Positions 1-13,359 are shown, counted from the stretch's first letter. The stretch is DNA of 64,000 nt from Eledone cirrhosa (GCA_964016885.1 OZ024745.1:34100001-34164000); one strand, 5' to 3'. The notes: generated from the sequence alone by a model not told the origin. A program made the numbers and translations.

Positions 1-90
<90 letters not shown>

Positions 91-115
91 TAATTAGATG
101 TGTATGTGTCTGTAT

Positions 116-174
<59 letters not shown>

Positions 175-196
175 CGTTATTCCGTTATTCTCTCTA

Positions 197-316
<120 letters not shown>

Positions 317-1569
317 TAATTAGATGTGTATGTGTCTGTATCCACACACACATACATACATGATGGCTGCAACTCGATTTCGAGTAATGTCATCGCTTAA
401 TCATTAAGGATGAGCATCACGGACGTGGCTTTTGAGTCGTGCTAGGGACTTGCCTATGACCAGCCATGTCATGCATCACAAAAGAATGTCACATATCAAG
501 TGATGCCTGTGCTTGAGTGAAAAAAGGCACGGGGCCAATCCCACTCACTGAATATAAAATGCATTCACCCAAAAAGTTGAACTGATCTGCATCATTGGGT
601 GCAAACCAAGTCGCGGGTTTTATATCAGAGAGACCTTCTCCTAGAGAGATGTCTTAATGGAGACTAGGAGTCTCCGACCCCACAAAAAAACAAAAACAAA
701 AAAAAAAAAACAACCCCAGAAAAATATGTACATACATACACACATACATATAATTCATGTTATTGATAGAGAACGTAAAGAGAAAAAAAATGAACAATAT
801 GTTCCTTCTATTCGAGTCCGAGTATACTTATTACTACTACTAGAAATGTAATTAAGTTAATTAGATAATTGTTTCATATGAAGAATAAAAGAAAAACATA
901 ATTACGAAAAACAAATAAATAGCTAAATTGTAAATTTACTTCAGTGACCTCGGCTAATATTTAATTGGTTCTATGACACAAATAGTGCCTTGGAGTGATA
1001 TTAAAACAGATGCGGATTGATATTAATATACTGTAATAGATAATGCACTTCTAGCTTATGTATGTATGTATGTATGTATGTATGTATGTATGTATGTATG
1101 TATGTATGTATGTATGTATGTATGTATGTATGTATGTGTGTGTGTATGTGTGTATGTATGTATGTTCTTCTGATTTTATAATTTCACAAATTTTTGCCAA
1201 TAGAGAGAGAGAGAGTCGGTTTCTAACAGAGACACAGGACTCTCTCATTGGAATTTACACAACATCAACTAGGTAGATATGTATGTATGTCTGCATGCAT
1301 GCATGTGTAGATATGGATGTTATTATATGTGTTGGTGTGGATGTTTTGAGTTGTATGTGTGCATGTGTATATGCTTTGTATCTGTACATGTGTATATGCA
1401 GTTATTAGATGCAACATTTTTGGAATGTTTTACATATTTTTACTGTTCCATTAATGGATTGTACTTGTAATTTCTTAAATAGTTGTGTATGTATGTATGT
1501 ATGTGTGTATGTGTGTACATATAAACATTATGTATATATCACGTATATATATATATGTATATATATATA

Positions 1570-1935
1570 TGGTGGCTGCCAACTCGTTTTCAAGTATGGC
1601 CACTACTTTATATCCATGTAGGAGAACTCCTACCGATGCGCTGAGCGAGTGTGACTTTTCAGTCCAGCCAGCGACTTGAAAACTCTGGTACAAACACTAC
1701 ACTTCTGACAATTATTGACACATAGTGCTTGGCCCATGGTACCAAGTGACGACACGTGCAGAGAGATCTCCAGATATAAAGCAATGCCTGTGCCGTGAAA
1801 ATGTTATAGTGAGCAAAGGCACTGCACAAAGCCAGTCCCACTCTCTTAACCAAGATGATATTTACCAAAAAGAAGAACAAGTCAACATCATTGGATACCA
1901 TCAGGGTTGCAGGTGTTATATCAGAGTTTTCCTTC
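1570..1935 (-). mobile_element. RTE-derived short element, copy 1
   Basis: Highly similar to 29804-30167 with the same ends; encodes C2H2-like CSVCTRVFKSLAGLKSH; (AT)n tail. Confidence 0.75.
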
Positions 1936-1981
1936 TCCTAGAATTCTGCCTTGACAAAGGCTAAGGGGTCATCTCTCCCCG

Positions 1982-2033
<52 letters not shown>

Positions 2034-2053
2034 GAGTATATGCATATATATAG

Positions 2054-2124
<71 letters not shown>

Positions 2125-2125
<1 letters not shown>

Positions 2126-2283
2126 GTTATTCCGGGTTGAATCGGAGGTAACCACAGTAAGTAAGGTACTCAATACATAGCAGAGTATAAAAGTTTTAAT
2201 ATAGATGATATTCTACAGGACTAGAACTGTTTCATTCTTTTGATTTCTAAAGAATGAAACAGTTCTAGTCCTGTAGAATCTCA

Positions 2284-2290
<7 letters not shown>
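2125..2290. mobile_element. Mini head-to-head palindrome, PLE-type family A, in (TA)n
   Basis: Arms 2199-2240 / 2249-2290; near identical to 55652-55829 but with a different inversion junction (hammerhead core truncated). Confidence 0.75.
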
Positions 2291-2345
<55 letters not shown>

Positions 2346-2399
2346 TATATGTTTATATATATTTATATTTATATTATATTACATTACATTACATACAAC

Positions 2400-2511
2400 A
2401 CATGGTAAACTGACATATACCTACCTAGGTACTCGGAGTTTTTCGAAGTGAGCTTACCTCAGAAAACTTCGAGTACCTATGAAGGTATATACATATGCCA
2501 GTTTCTCATGT
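2400..2511. repeat. Imperfect hairpin
   Basis: AAACTGACATATACCT..TAGGTACTCGGAGTTTT mirrors AAAACTTCGAGTACCTA..AGGTATA..TATGCCAGTTT. Confidence 0.75.
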
Positions 2512-2819
2512 GTGGTATATAATAAAATATATTTACCTCTATGCTTACCCATGGAGGCCACTTCTGTCCATCTCCGGATGGTATAGACGTGCTTCACATC
2601 GGCTCCTCGATTATTGGATATATTACGTGTTAACAGTAAGTGTTTGTCTGTATTCTTGCGTTATTGTGTTAATTAACCCCCTTGTCTATGTCTTCGGACA
2701 TTAGGGTTAATTTATTTCACCCCTTTCGGGGTGAAAATTTATTTCACCCCTTTTGGGGTGATTGTCTCTACGCTAGTGGTAACCATGACACGACCACTAA
2801 ACAAACTGAAAGAGCGGAT

Positions 2820-3065
2820 AGCGGTCTCTGACCCCATCATCGCTGCCATGTCCTGCGTCTCCAAGAGACCAGTGTCTGTCTTTAGGGCATCAACATATGT
2901 CAACCTCCGTTTCCCTCTTCTAGTGTGTCCATGCAGGGGATCCCACAGGAGCACTGAGTGCAGTGTCAACTCTGGATGTCGGTGAGCATGTCCAGCTAAC
3001 CTCAGTCTCCTCTGTGCTACCTTCGAGCTGACTTTTAGGAGGCTCCCGCACAACTCTGAGTTCTG
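2820..3065 (-). pseudogene. RTE-clade LINE extreme C-terminus, inverted relative to 3070-3620
   Basis: NSELCGSL.KVS.KV..RRLRLAGH..RHPE....VLLWDP.HG..RRG...LTYVD.L..DTG. Confidence 0.88.
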
Positions 3066-3069
3066 GAGA

Positions 3070-3620
3070 AACACCAGGACGCTGGCTTTGCTGTAACACT
3101 GGCTCAGAGAAGGAGAGTTAAGGCGAAAAAGATATCGGATGCTGAATTTGCCGACGACATAGTTCTGGTGACAAACACAGTGAAGGAGGCAGAGGAGTTG
3201 ATGCAGGAGGTAGAGACTGTGTCGATGAGTGTGGGGCTGAGTATGAATGAGATTAAGATGAAGTATCTGATAGAGAACATTAAGAAGGCAGAGAAGATTA
3301 CTAATGTAGGCGGGAAGCCGCTAGAATTGGTTGAGGACTTCCTGTATCTGGGAGCAAAGATTGGGAATACAGAAGATGATGTGGTCGAGAGGAAGAGCAA
3401 AACCTGGACGGCGTGCCACAGTTTGAGATCAATGTGGAAGTCCGACCTTCGTAAATACCTGAAGATCCGTCTCTTCGTTGATGTAGTGGAGTCTGTGCTG
3501 TTATATGGGTCTGAGACTTGGACACTAACCAAGACTCTCACCCAGATGGTGGATGGGTGCTACACGAGAATGCTGAGGATGGCTCTGAACATTAATCAGT
3601 ATACACTGAGGATGAAGAAC
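3070..3620 (+). pseudogene. RTE-clade LINE RT C-terminal fragment
   Basis: AEFADDIVL, GLSMNEIK, VEDFLYLG, SVLLYGSETWTL, YTRMLRMALN. Confidence 0.9.
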
Positions 3621-3642
3621 AGATGGCAACAGGCAGATAATC

Positions 3643-3703
<61 letters not shown>

Positions 3704-3730
3704 AATTTATATATATTTTAAATTTATATA

Positions 3731-3814
3731 TAAATTTTAAACATTTGACTTTTTATTTTACTTTATATATATATATATATAAAGTAAAATAAAAAGTCAA
3801 ATGTTTAAAATTTA
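3731..3814. repeat. Perfect inverted repeat centred on (TA)n
   Basis: 34-bp arms TAAATTTTAAACATTTGACTTTTTATTTTACTTT and its reverse complement. Confidence 0.92.
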
Positions 3815-3827
3815 GCTTCGTTTATTA

Positions 3828-3880
3828 CTGCTATATATATTTCGGTGACAGCCATCTTTGGCTGTGACCTCTTCAGGCAG
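3828..3880 (-). ncRNA. Type I hammerhead ribozyme in (TA)n-flanked PLE-type 3' fragment
   Basis: CTGC-CTGAAGA-GGT C ACAGCCA AAGA TGGCTGT C ACC-GAAA-TATATA-TA-GCAG, then TAATAAA. Confidence 0.85.
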
Positions 3881-4225
3881 CCCGAATTAGTATGGTATAG
3901 ACAAGTACATATGTTGTTGAGGTGTATAATTTTGTCAATACTCTGATATGCCCAGTTCCTGGTTGGGTTGTTATTTCACTGAGGAACTGGAATCAAAATC
4001 TCTCTCTATATATATACTGTATATATATATATATAGTTGTATATATATATATATATATATATAGTTGTATATAGTTGTAGGAATCGGATGATTCCGTTTT
4101 TTAATAAACCTTTTACACTATAATTATATGTATATATTCATTACAAATATGCATATATGAATCTATCTATCTATCTCTCTCTTTCTCTCTCTTTCTCTCT
4201 CTCTATATATATGTATATATATGTG

Positions 4226-4278
<53 letters not shown>

Positions 4279-4281
<3 letters not shown>

Positions 4282-4440
4282 TCTCCACCACTCCCCCACA
4301 CACCCTCGGAACTCTCTTCCCACCCACTTTTCTCCTGAAGAAGGGCTTATACCCGAAACGCCCCCCTCTCTCAAGAGCGTGAAACTAATAAACCTTTGTT
4401 TGTACTGCCTCTTTGTTTTGTTCCCGTTCCATTTTTCACT
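4279..4440 (+). mobile_element. PLE-type 3' fragment with partial hammerhead
   Basis: CTGAAGA-A GGG CTTATA CCC-GAAAC at 4335-4359; cleavage triplet and stem I not intact; homologous to minus strand of 9872-9960; flanked by (TA)n. Confidence 0.55.
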
Positions 4441-4450
4441 ATATTTATGC

Positions 4451-4482
<32 letters not shown>

Positions 4483-4982
4483 GTACATATATATATATAT
4501 ATATATATGTACATATATATATGTATATATATATATGTACATATATATATATATGTATATATATATATGTGTCCGACACGCTAAGATTCTTTCCCCACTA
4601 TATCCAGCGTTAATCTAATGTAGTTCTTCATTGTACTGTATTGTTTGCTTTGTTGTTTCCGTTTAGCTTTGATATATATATATAAATATATATATATATT
4701 TGTGTGCGTGTGTGTGTGTGCGCGTGCGTTTGTGTGTGTGTGCGTGCGTGCGTGTTAATGTATATATTTATGTATGTGTATGTTTGTATATATATATATA
4801 TATATATGCAAACATATATACTTACATGCATCTATGCATGTAATTAAATATGTTTGTATTGATAAATGTGCAGCATTTTTAGTTTATGTGTACGCAGGCG
4901 CAGAATGGCATTACATTGACAGTCCATAAATAGATCTATGACAATATTCCTTCTTTTACTCTCTCTCTCTCTCTCCATCTCG

Positions 4983-5058
<76 letters not shown>

Positions 5059-5387
5059 CCCCTCTCCCTTAGTCTTTCTCTTTCTGCAACACCCCCACGG
5101 ATGAGAGCAATAGACGCTGGGTGAAGCCGTAGCCATCGAACTATTCACATATTTTTCAACATCAATTATTGTTTGCTCGTCTCTGTTGTTTAATTATAGA
5201 AAGTTGATTGACTGATTTAAAAATATATTTTATCGTTTGTAATCGATTCGTTGAGCGTTTCTTTTCAAATTGCCGATAAACATGCCATTGCCAATATATC
5301 TATATATGTATGCATGTTTGCATTTGTATTTATACATACACACCTACATATATAAATACGTATATATTATATATATATATACACACT

Positions 5388-5458
<71 letters not shown>

Positions 5459-5503
5459 GCCTGCAAGCATATACACACACACACCTACACACCTTCATAT
5501 ATT

Positions 5504-5545
<42 letters not shown>

Positions 5546-5547
<2 letters not shown>

Positions 5548-5878
5548 TGTGTATATATAATCGTAGAACAGTGGGTGAGTATATCCGAAGTAGTAGACCA
5601 CTCAGTGCATGGGGCGAGTTAGGTAAATGTAGTTCCACAACAGTTAGTTCACCCTATTCTGATCAGCGACCTGATGATCCGAATAACTAGTAACAATTGT
5701 TCCCGGAAATGTTGTGGAACTACTTCCTATATATATATATACATATATATAGGAAGTAGCTGATCAGAATAGGGTGAAGTAACTGTTGTGGAACTACATT
5801 TACCTAACTCGCCCCATGGACTGAGTGCTCTACTACTACGAATATACTCCCCCACTGTTCTACGATTATATATACACA

Positions 5879-5880
<2 letters not shown>
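5546..5880. repeat. Imperfect inverted repeat (~120-bp arms) nested in (TA)n
   Basis: 5546-5668 mirrors 5759-5880 with several substitutions; spacer has CTGATGA...GAAA and a CTACTTCC-(TA)n-GGAAGTAG sub-palindrome. Confidence 0.9.
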
Positions 5881-5957
<77 letters not shown>

Positions 5958-6016
5958 TATACATATATATACATATATATATATATATATGTATACATAT
6001 ATATATGTATGTATGC

Positions 6017-6098
<82 letters not shown>

Positions 6099-6134
6099 AT
6101 ATATATATATACATATATATATATGGATATATGT

Positions 6135-6186
<52 letters not shown>

Positions 6187-6553
6187 GTATACATATATAT
6201 ACATATATGTATACATATATATATATATATGTGTATATATATGTATACATACATATATATATGTATATATATGTATACATATGTATACATATATATATAT
6301 ATATATGTGTATATATGTATACATACATATATATATGTATATATAATGTATACATACATATATATATATATATGTATATATATGTATATATATGTATACA
6401 TATATATATATATATGTATATATATGTATACATATATATATATATGTATATATATGTATACATACATATATATGTATACATACATATATATGTATACATA
6501 CATATATATGTATATATATGTATACATATATATATATATATGTATATATATGT

Positions 6554-6605
<52 letters not shown>

Positions 6606-6723
6606 GTATACATATATATACATATATATATATATATATACATATATATACATATATATATATATATACATATATATACATATATATATATATATATGTA
6701 TACATATATATATGTATGTATGC

Positions 6724-6795
<72 letters not shown>

Positions 6796-7001
6796 ATATA
6801 TGTATATATATATACATATATATATATGGATATATGTATACATATATATATATATATATATGTATACATATATATACATATATGTATACATATATATATA
6901 TATATATGTGTATATATATGTATGCATACATATATATATGTATATATATGTATACATATGTATACATACATATATATATATATATGTGTATATATGTATA
7001 C

Positions 7002-7034
<33 letters not shown>

Positions 7035-7113
7035 ATGTATACATACATATATATATATATATATGTATATATATGTATATATATGTATACATATATATAT
7101 ATGTATATATATG

Positions 7114-7144
<31 letters not shown>

Positions 7145-7156
7145 GTATATATATGT

Positions 7157-7200
<44 letters not shown>

Positions 7201-7342
7201 GTATTCATATATATACATATATGTATACATATATATATATATATGTGTATATATATGTATACATACATATATATATGTATATATATGTATACATATGTAT
7301 ACATACATATATATATATATATCTGTATATATGTATACATAC

Positions 7343-7374
<32 letters not shown>

Positions 7375-7418
7375 GTATATATATGTATACATATATATAT
7401 ATATATGTATATATATGT

Positions 7419-7466
<48 letters not shown>

Positions 7467-7468
7467 GT

Positions 7469-7532
<64 letters not shown>

Positions 7533-7534
7533 GT

Positions 7535-7598
<64 letters not shown>

Positions 7599-7640
7599 AC
7601 ATATATATATGTATGTATACATATATATATGTATGTATAC

Positions 7641-7698
<58 letters not shown>

Positions 7699-7816
7699 GC
7701 ATACATACATATATATATGTATACATATATATATATATATGTATATATATGTATACATATATATATATATGTATATATATGTATACATATATATATATGT
7801 ATATGTATATATATGT

Positions 7817-7880
<64 letters not shown>

Positions 7881-8420
7881 GTATACATATATATATGTAT
7901 ATATATGTATACATACATATATGTATACATATATATATGTATATATATGTATACATATATATATATGTATATATATGTATACATATATATATGTATATAT
8001 ATGTATATATATGTATACATATATATGTATATATATGTATATATATGTATACATATATATATATGTATATATCTGTATATATATGTATATATATGTATAT
8101 ATATATGTATATATGTATATATATGTATATATATGTATACATATATATACATGTATATATATGTATATATAGGTATATATAGGTATATATATGTATATAT
8201 ATGTATACATATATATATATGTATATATACGTATACATATATATATATGTATATATACGTATACATATATATATATGTATATATATGTATATATATGTAT
8301 ACATATATATATATGTATACATATATATACATATATATACATATATATATATGTATATATATGTATACATATGTATACATATTTATATGTATACATATAT
8401 GATATACAATATACATATTT
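5881..8420. repeat. ~2.5-kb compound (TA)n/TGTA/TACA microsatellite
   Basis: Almost uninterrupted purine-pyrimidine alternation; rare variants recur about 700 bp apart. Confidence 0.98.
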
Positions 8421-8474
8421 ACACTGAGTTCAGTGATGATCCTAGGTTTGTTGATATATTTCTAACATTCAGAT

Positions 8475-8762
8475 AGCCCCCATAGAAAGGAATTAAATGG
8501 CGGTGTATTGAATCAGGGCTGTGTGAGTCCCACTCAAAATCAGTCGTCAAACTGAAAACACGATTTTCAAAGTTATTATTAGCTATTCTCACGATTCATT
8601 GGAAGTGTGAGGGCTTTCTCTGTTATGCTGGAACCATAACACATTTATTAGAGATGGGTACATGATATGTAGCTCCTTTTTCAAGTTTTCCGGGACTTTC
8701 ACTTAACATTCCTTTGTGACTGTAGCAGTGACATAATTTTTTTCGAAGAACAATGGACCAAT
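8475..8762 (-). pseudogene. Tc1/mariner-superfamily transposase remnant
   Basis: GPLFFE, WFQHNRESPHTS (WFQQDGAPxH-like), PD...FLWG. Confidence 0.65.
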
Positions 8763-8959
8763 ATATATGATATCAAAACGTATTTAAATATTGCATAGCA
8801 TAATAAAATAAAAAAATACTTAGAATATCTAAATACAGAAAATAATCAAGAATATAATAGAAAATATATATTCTACGAAAATTATAAAACATTTACCGAA
8901 CTTCAGTATATACATTGTTTTAAACTTGTTCTCTTTTGGGGCATATATGAAGAGTTTGT

Positions 8960-9400
8960 GGGCGCTTCCTTCTTTGGAACAGCCTACATACAATTGGCTA
9001 TCTGAGAAACAATCCTAGATGTAGACCGACAATCTGCAGTTGTTGACATTAGGACTTCTTATTGATCATTATGTAACTGACTCTCACTGGGAATTGCAAT
9101 CACTTGAAACGAAAGAGGACATCTGTTGGCATTAGTGGTATTCTATAAATACAATGTCTCCCTTAACACATTCAGTGAGGATTTTGGCTTCGATAATGTG
9201 AGACTGTAGTTCAGTCACAACCATACGCGTCCCATTGCACAATCATAGCTGATCCAGGTTTCTGAGAAGCATGATGACTGCGCCCTTCTTCAATTTAAGG
9301 TAATGTCGATGGTTCCAAACTGTTAAGAAATTCAATTGCATAATGAACAGCTTCGTCCTCGTCGACAAATTTATCGACAGTTTTGTATTCATAAAAAGTA
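8960..9400 (-). pseudogene. Helitron PIF1-like helicase remnant
   Basis: LKLKKGAVIMLLRNLD..*LCNGTRMVVTEL..IIEAKILT and LQFPVRVSY..INK. Confidence 0.85.
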
Positions 9401-9640
9401 TGGCTAATTATCTATGCATGCAAATATGTTTCCCCATATAACTATTATGAAATAAAGCAATCGTAGTATGTTAATATTTTAAGCTCTGACAATCAAGATA
9501 CCACACTCGCGTACATTATATATATGCACATACTATCTAAGTTGCAGTGGTGGTGCATCCCATTGTGCCATAAAGAAGCATATATATATATATATGCTTC
9601 GTGTGTGTGTGTGTGTGAGTATATATATATATGTGTGTGT

Positions 9641-9752
9641 GTGGCTGAGTGGTTAGAGAATTGGATTCGCAATCGTAAGGTTGTGAGTTCGATTCCTGGA
9701 CCAGGCGACGCGTTATGTCCTTGAGCAAGACACTTTATTTCACGTTGCTCCT
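9641..9752 (+). mobile_element. Second tRNA-derived SINE family (head)
   Basis: A-box TGGCTGAGTGG, B-box GAGTTCGATTCC, then GTCCTTGAGCAAGACACTT; diverged relatives near 23395, 40190 and 53680. Confidence 0.8.
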
Positions 9753-9871
9753 TCTACCTGGAGTTGCGACCGATAGATAGTATTAGCAATTGGAAAGACC
9801 AACGGAAACATTGTTCCCTCGGTCCGATTTGACGAACGTCGATCGTTCCTGTATATATATATATATATATA

Positions 9872-9965
9872 GTTGAAAACAAAATACAGGAGGCAATTGT
9901 ACACAGTTATATTAGGTTCACGCTTGGTGAAAGTGGAGGGGATTTCAATGTTTCGGAGTGAGAGA
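9872..9965 (-). mobile_element. PLE-type 3' fragment related to 4279-4440
   Basis: CCGAAAC...CCCCT...AGCGTGAA.CTAATA...TGCCTC.TGT...TTTTGTT then (TA)n. Confidence 0.5.
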
Positions 9966-10588
9966 GATGTGTAATCCCGACCGCTGGGCCATGGTTTCGG
10001 CTTGTGTGTTCAACAATCCTTTTCAATGCTGTACAATTTTTGCAGGGTGTGCAGAAATAGCTGGACTGATGGAGAAAGTGTGTGTGGTGAGGCCAGAGAA
10101 TGGCAAGTGTATCTAGACAGGCTAGGTGTCAGGAGAAGGAAGCAATATTGGTGGGGGCAGGTGTGGTTAGGGGATAAGAGTGGAGTAGGGAGAGGAAGGG
10201 TGTAATAGTCATAGGAATAGAGGGTGCAGGCGTGAGGAGTAAGCCTATGTAAAGACAAGGCTTAGAAGTTGAAGGAGAAATTTTGAGAAGATAATTAAAT
10301 AAAGTGGGTTATATGTTGAAAACATAAGCCAAGACCACGGGAGTTTACCTGCTTTTATACCCACTCTGCATCTTTTCATGCATTGAGTACTCCCATGATT
10401 AGTGGTCTCCCTAGTCTCAACATCGCAGACTCTCTCTCTCCCTCCCTCTCTCTGTCTCTCTCTCTATATATATATATGTGTGTGGGTGTGCGTGCGTGTG
10501 TGCGCGGGTGTGTATATACTATAAGTATATGTATATCATAATTATATAAATATACATGCATATTATATATATATATATATATATATAA

Positions 10589-10778
10589 ATAATTGTTTCT
10601 ACTTTAGGCACAAGGCCAGCAATTACTCAGTGCATTACTGGTACTTTATTTTATCGACGCCGTAAGAATGAAAGGCAAAGTCAACCTCGGCGGGATTTGA
10701 ACTCAGATCGTAAAGGGACGTAACTATGCTGGAAAGCATGGCGTCCGACCCTCTACCGATACTGCCAATCCACCACCC
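10589..10778 (-). mobile_element. tRNA-derived SINE with Nin-type domain
   Basis: GAGTTCAAATCCCGCC B-box plus GCCTTTCAT..TTACGG.GTCGATAAAATAAAGTACCAG core; multi-copy in the window. Confidence 0.88.
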
Positions 10779-10915
10779 TATATATATATAATGTTATATA
10801 ATATACGTGTATATTTATACAAATATATATATATATATATATAACGTAAGAAATGTGGTAAGGAACCATAACGCACCAAAGTACTCAATACTTAGGGTAG
10901 TAGAGTGGGTAATAG

Positions 10916-11017
10916 AGAAACCGGTTATATTACACCATATAAGTTAGTTCAACAAATTCATACATGTATACATAGGTGTATACATTCATTCATACATACA
11001 TATTTTCATGTGTGACC

Positions 11018-11094
<77 letters not shown>

Positions 11095-11196
11095 AACGAG
11101 TAGGACCCCGACGGCTGAGCTCAAGCCGTTTCGACGGCTAATTCCAGAATTAGCCGTCGAAGCGGCTTGAGCTCAGCCGTCGGGGTCCTACTCGTT

Positions 11197-11234
<38 letters not shown>

Positions 11235-11351
11235 CGTGTGTGTGTGTGCGGTCACACATGAAAATATGTATGTATGAATGAATGTATACACCTATGTATA
11301 CATGTATGAATTTGTTGAACTAACTTATATGGTGTAATATAACCGGTTTCT
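10916..11351. repeat. ~436-bp near-perfect palindrome with 2-nt spacer, spanning microsatellites
   Basis: Centre AATTC-CA-GAATT at 11140-11151; arms mirror through (TA)n and (CA)n/(TG)n out to AGAAACCGGTT / AACCGGTTTCT. Confidence 0.95.
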
Positions 11352-11413
11352 TTATGTAAATAAACATATTTATCTCTATCTCATTCACTCTCATGTACAC
11401 ACACACACTTCTC

Positions 11414-11720
<307 letters not shown>

Positions 11721-11949
11721 CAATACTACAATTTAATTTTATACTTATCTAAATAAAGCAATTCCCTCCCGAAAGAAAACATTTTACAGTTCTAACTCTT
11801 AGCATTGGTAGTAAAATGTCGTAGCATCTCTCCATAAACTTTACATTTTACATTATTATTCACACGATGGGAACATATATCGGAATATTGCTATTTATAA
11901 TTTCTATCGATTATTATTTTAGTCTTATATATAGTTCTAGTTATTGCTG

Positions 11950-12900
11950 CACTTGTTATTGGTGTCGACGTCGTTTGCCCCAGGTCAAACCTTGATATCC
12001 ACGAAACCTATATAAGCTACGCCGTTCCATCCATGATCATCATGACTTTTTATTAGGCATGTAGGACAATATTATTATTTAATATTCAAATCCCGCCGAG
12101 GTTGACTTTGCCTTTCATCCTTACGGGGTCGATAAAATAAAGTACCAGTAATGCACTGGGTTATTGCTGGCCTTGTGCCTAAAGTAGAAACAATTATTAT
12201 TTAATATTTCCTCCTGTTATAAGTGGCAGGGTGTTTAGTTAAGGTAAGATCGGTTTGGCTGCTATTTCTACCAGTTTAATCCTCCATGTATAGACTCTAC
12301 CTTGTTGCTGGTGCTGTAGGAGTTGCTGTTGTTGTTGTTGCTTTTGATGCTATAGCATCATGCACGTTTGCCCCTCTTCATGTCCAGCAGACATATATGA
12401 TCAAAGACAATCCAGCCGTGATTATTCTGTCATATTATTCGGCATGTAGAAAATTATTATCTTATGTCTTTTAAGTAGCAAGATGTACATTGAGATGAGG
12501 TAAATTTGGCTGTTATTTCTAACAAGACAAGCCACCACATACAGATGTCCTCTTCTTTCTCTTGTTGTCGTGACGTTGTCATCGCTTTTTCCAGGTCAAA
12601 CTTTGACATCCATTATACACCTAAGTTCAAAAGCGTTCCAGCCATGATCACCCTGACTTTTAGTTGGAATGCGTTTAGTTGAGTCATTTTTGGCTGCTGT
12701 TTGTAACAGGTCAAGCTACCACGAATAGACACTGCGTTGTTGTTGTTGTTGAGGTCGTCGTCGTTGCTTCTGCTTATACCTTGATATCCAGCAGACAACC
12801 TTTTAGACGGTATACAAAGCCGTATTATTATGCACTGTAATCTTCCCTTAATTTAAGGAGAGATTACATAGCTACTATATTTAACATGTCAAGTCATCAT
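11950..12900. repeat. Degenerate tandem array of ~200-250-bp units
   Basis: Recurrent TTTGGCTG.T.TTT.TA (12253, 12506, 12689), CCAGGTCAAAC.TTGA (11980, 12591), TCCAGCAGACA (12383, 12787). Confidence 0.6.
12085..12200 (+). mobile_element. 5'-truncated Nin-type SINE with TSD
   Basis: ATTATTATTTAATATT on both sides. Confidence 0.85.
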
Positions 12901-13307
12901 GTTTAGCCCTCTTCCTGTCGCTGTTGTTGTAGTTGTAGTAGTTATTGTTATTTTGCCCATTGTCGTTGATGGTAGTGATGGTGCGACTATTCCTGCTGCT
13001 GTTGTTTTTCTGGGTGATGGTGACGGTGGTGGTGGTGCTGCTGCTGTGTTCTATTCGTTGCTCTTGCTGTTACTGTTGTTACTGCTGCTGTTGCTGTTAC
13101 TGATGTCGATATCTTGAAAAACTAATTATATGCGAAAATTGCTGTAATAATAGCGTTTGCAAAATGAGAGTGGGGGGGGGGGGGGAGAAGGAGAGATAAA
13201 GAGAGAGAGAGAGAAACAATCTGAGAAAGACGAAGAGGGTGAAAGAATGGAGATAAAAACGTCTAGAAAGGAAGTGTTGGTATGTAGGTATGCATGTATA
13301 TATGTGG

Positions 13308-13359
<52 letters not shown>

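Noticed and set aside
1945-1990. TTGACAA..CCGATA hammerhead-like motif
   Set aside because: GAAA is mutated and the 3' half is lost to (TA)n; too degenerate.
5727-8416. Long ORFs up to 889 aa (IY/YT/HT-rich), and similar ones throughout
   Set aside because: Translations of dinucleotide microsatellites that cannot contain stop codons; open in many frames on both strands.
9641-9716. Possible true tRNA gene
   Set aside because: Continues into a SINE body and lacks a clean acceptor stem; treated as a SINE head.
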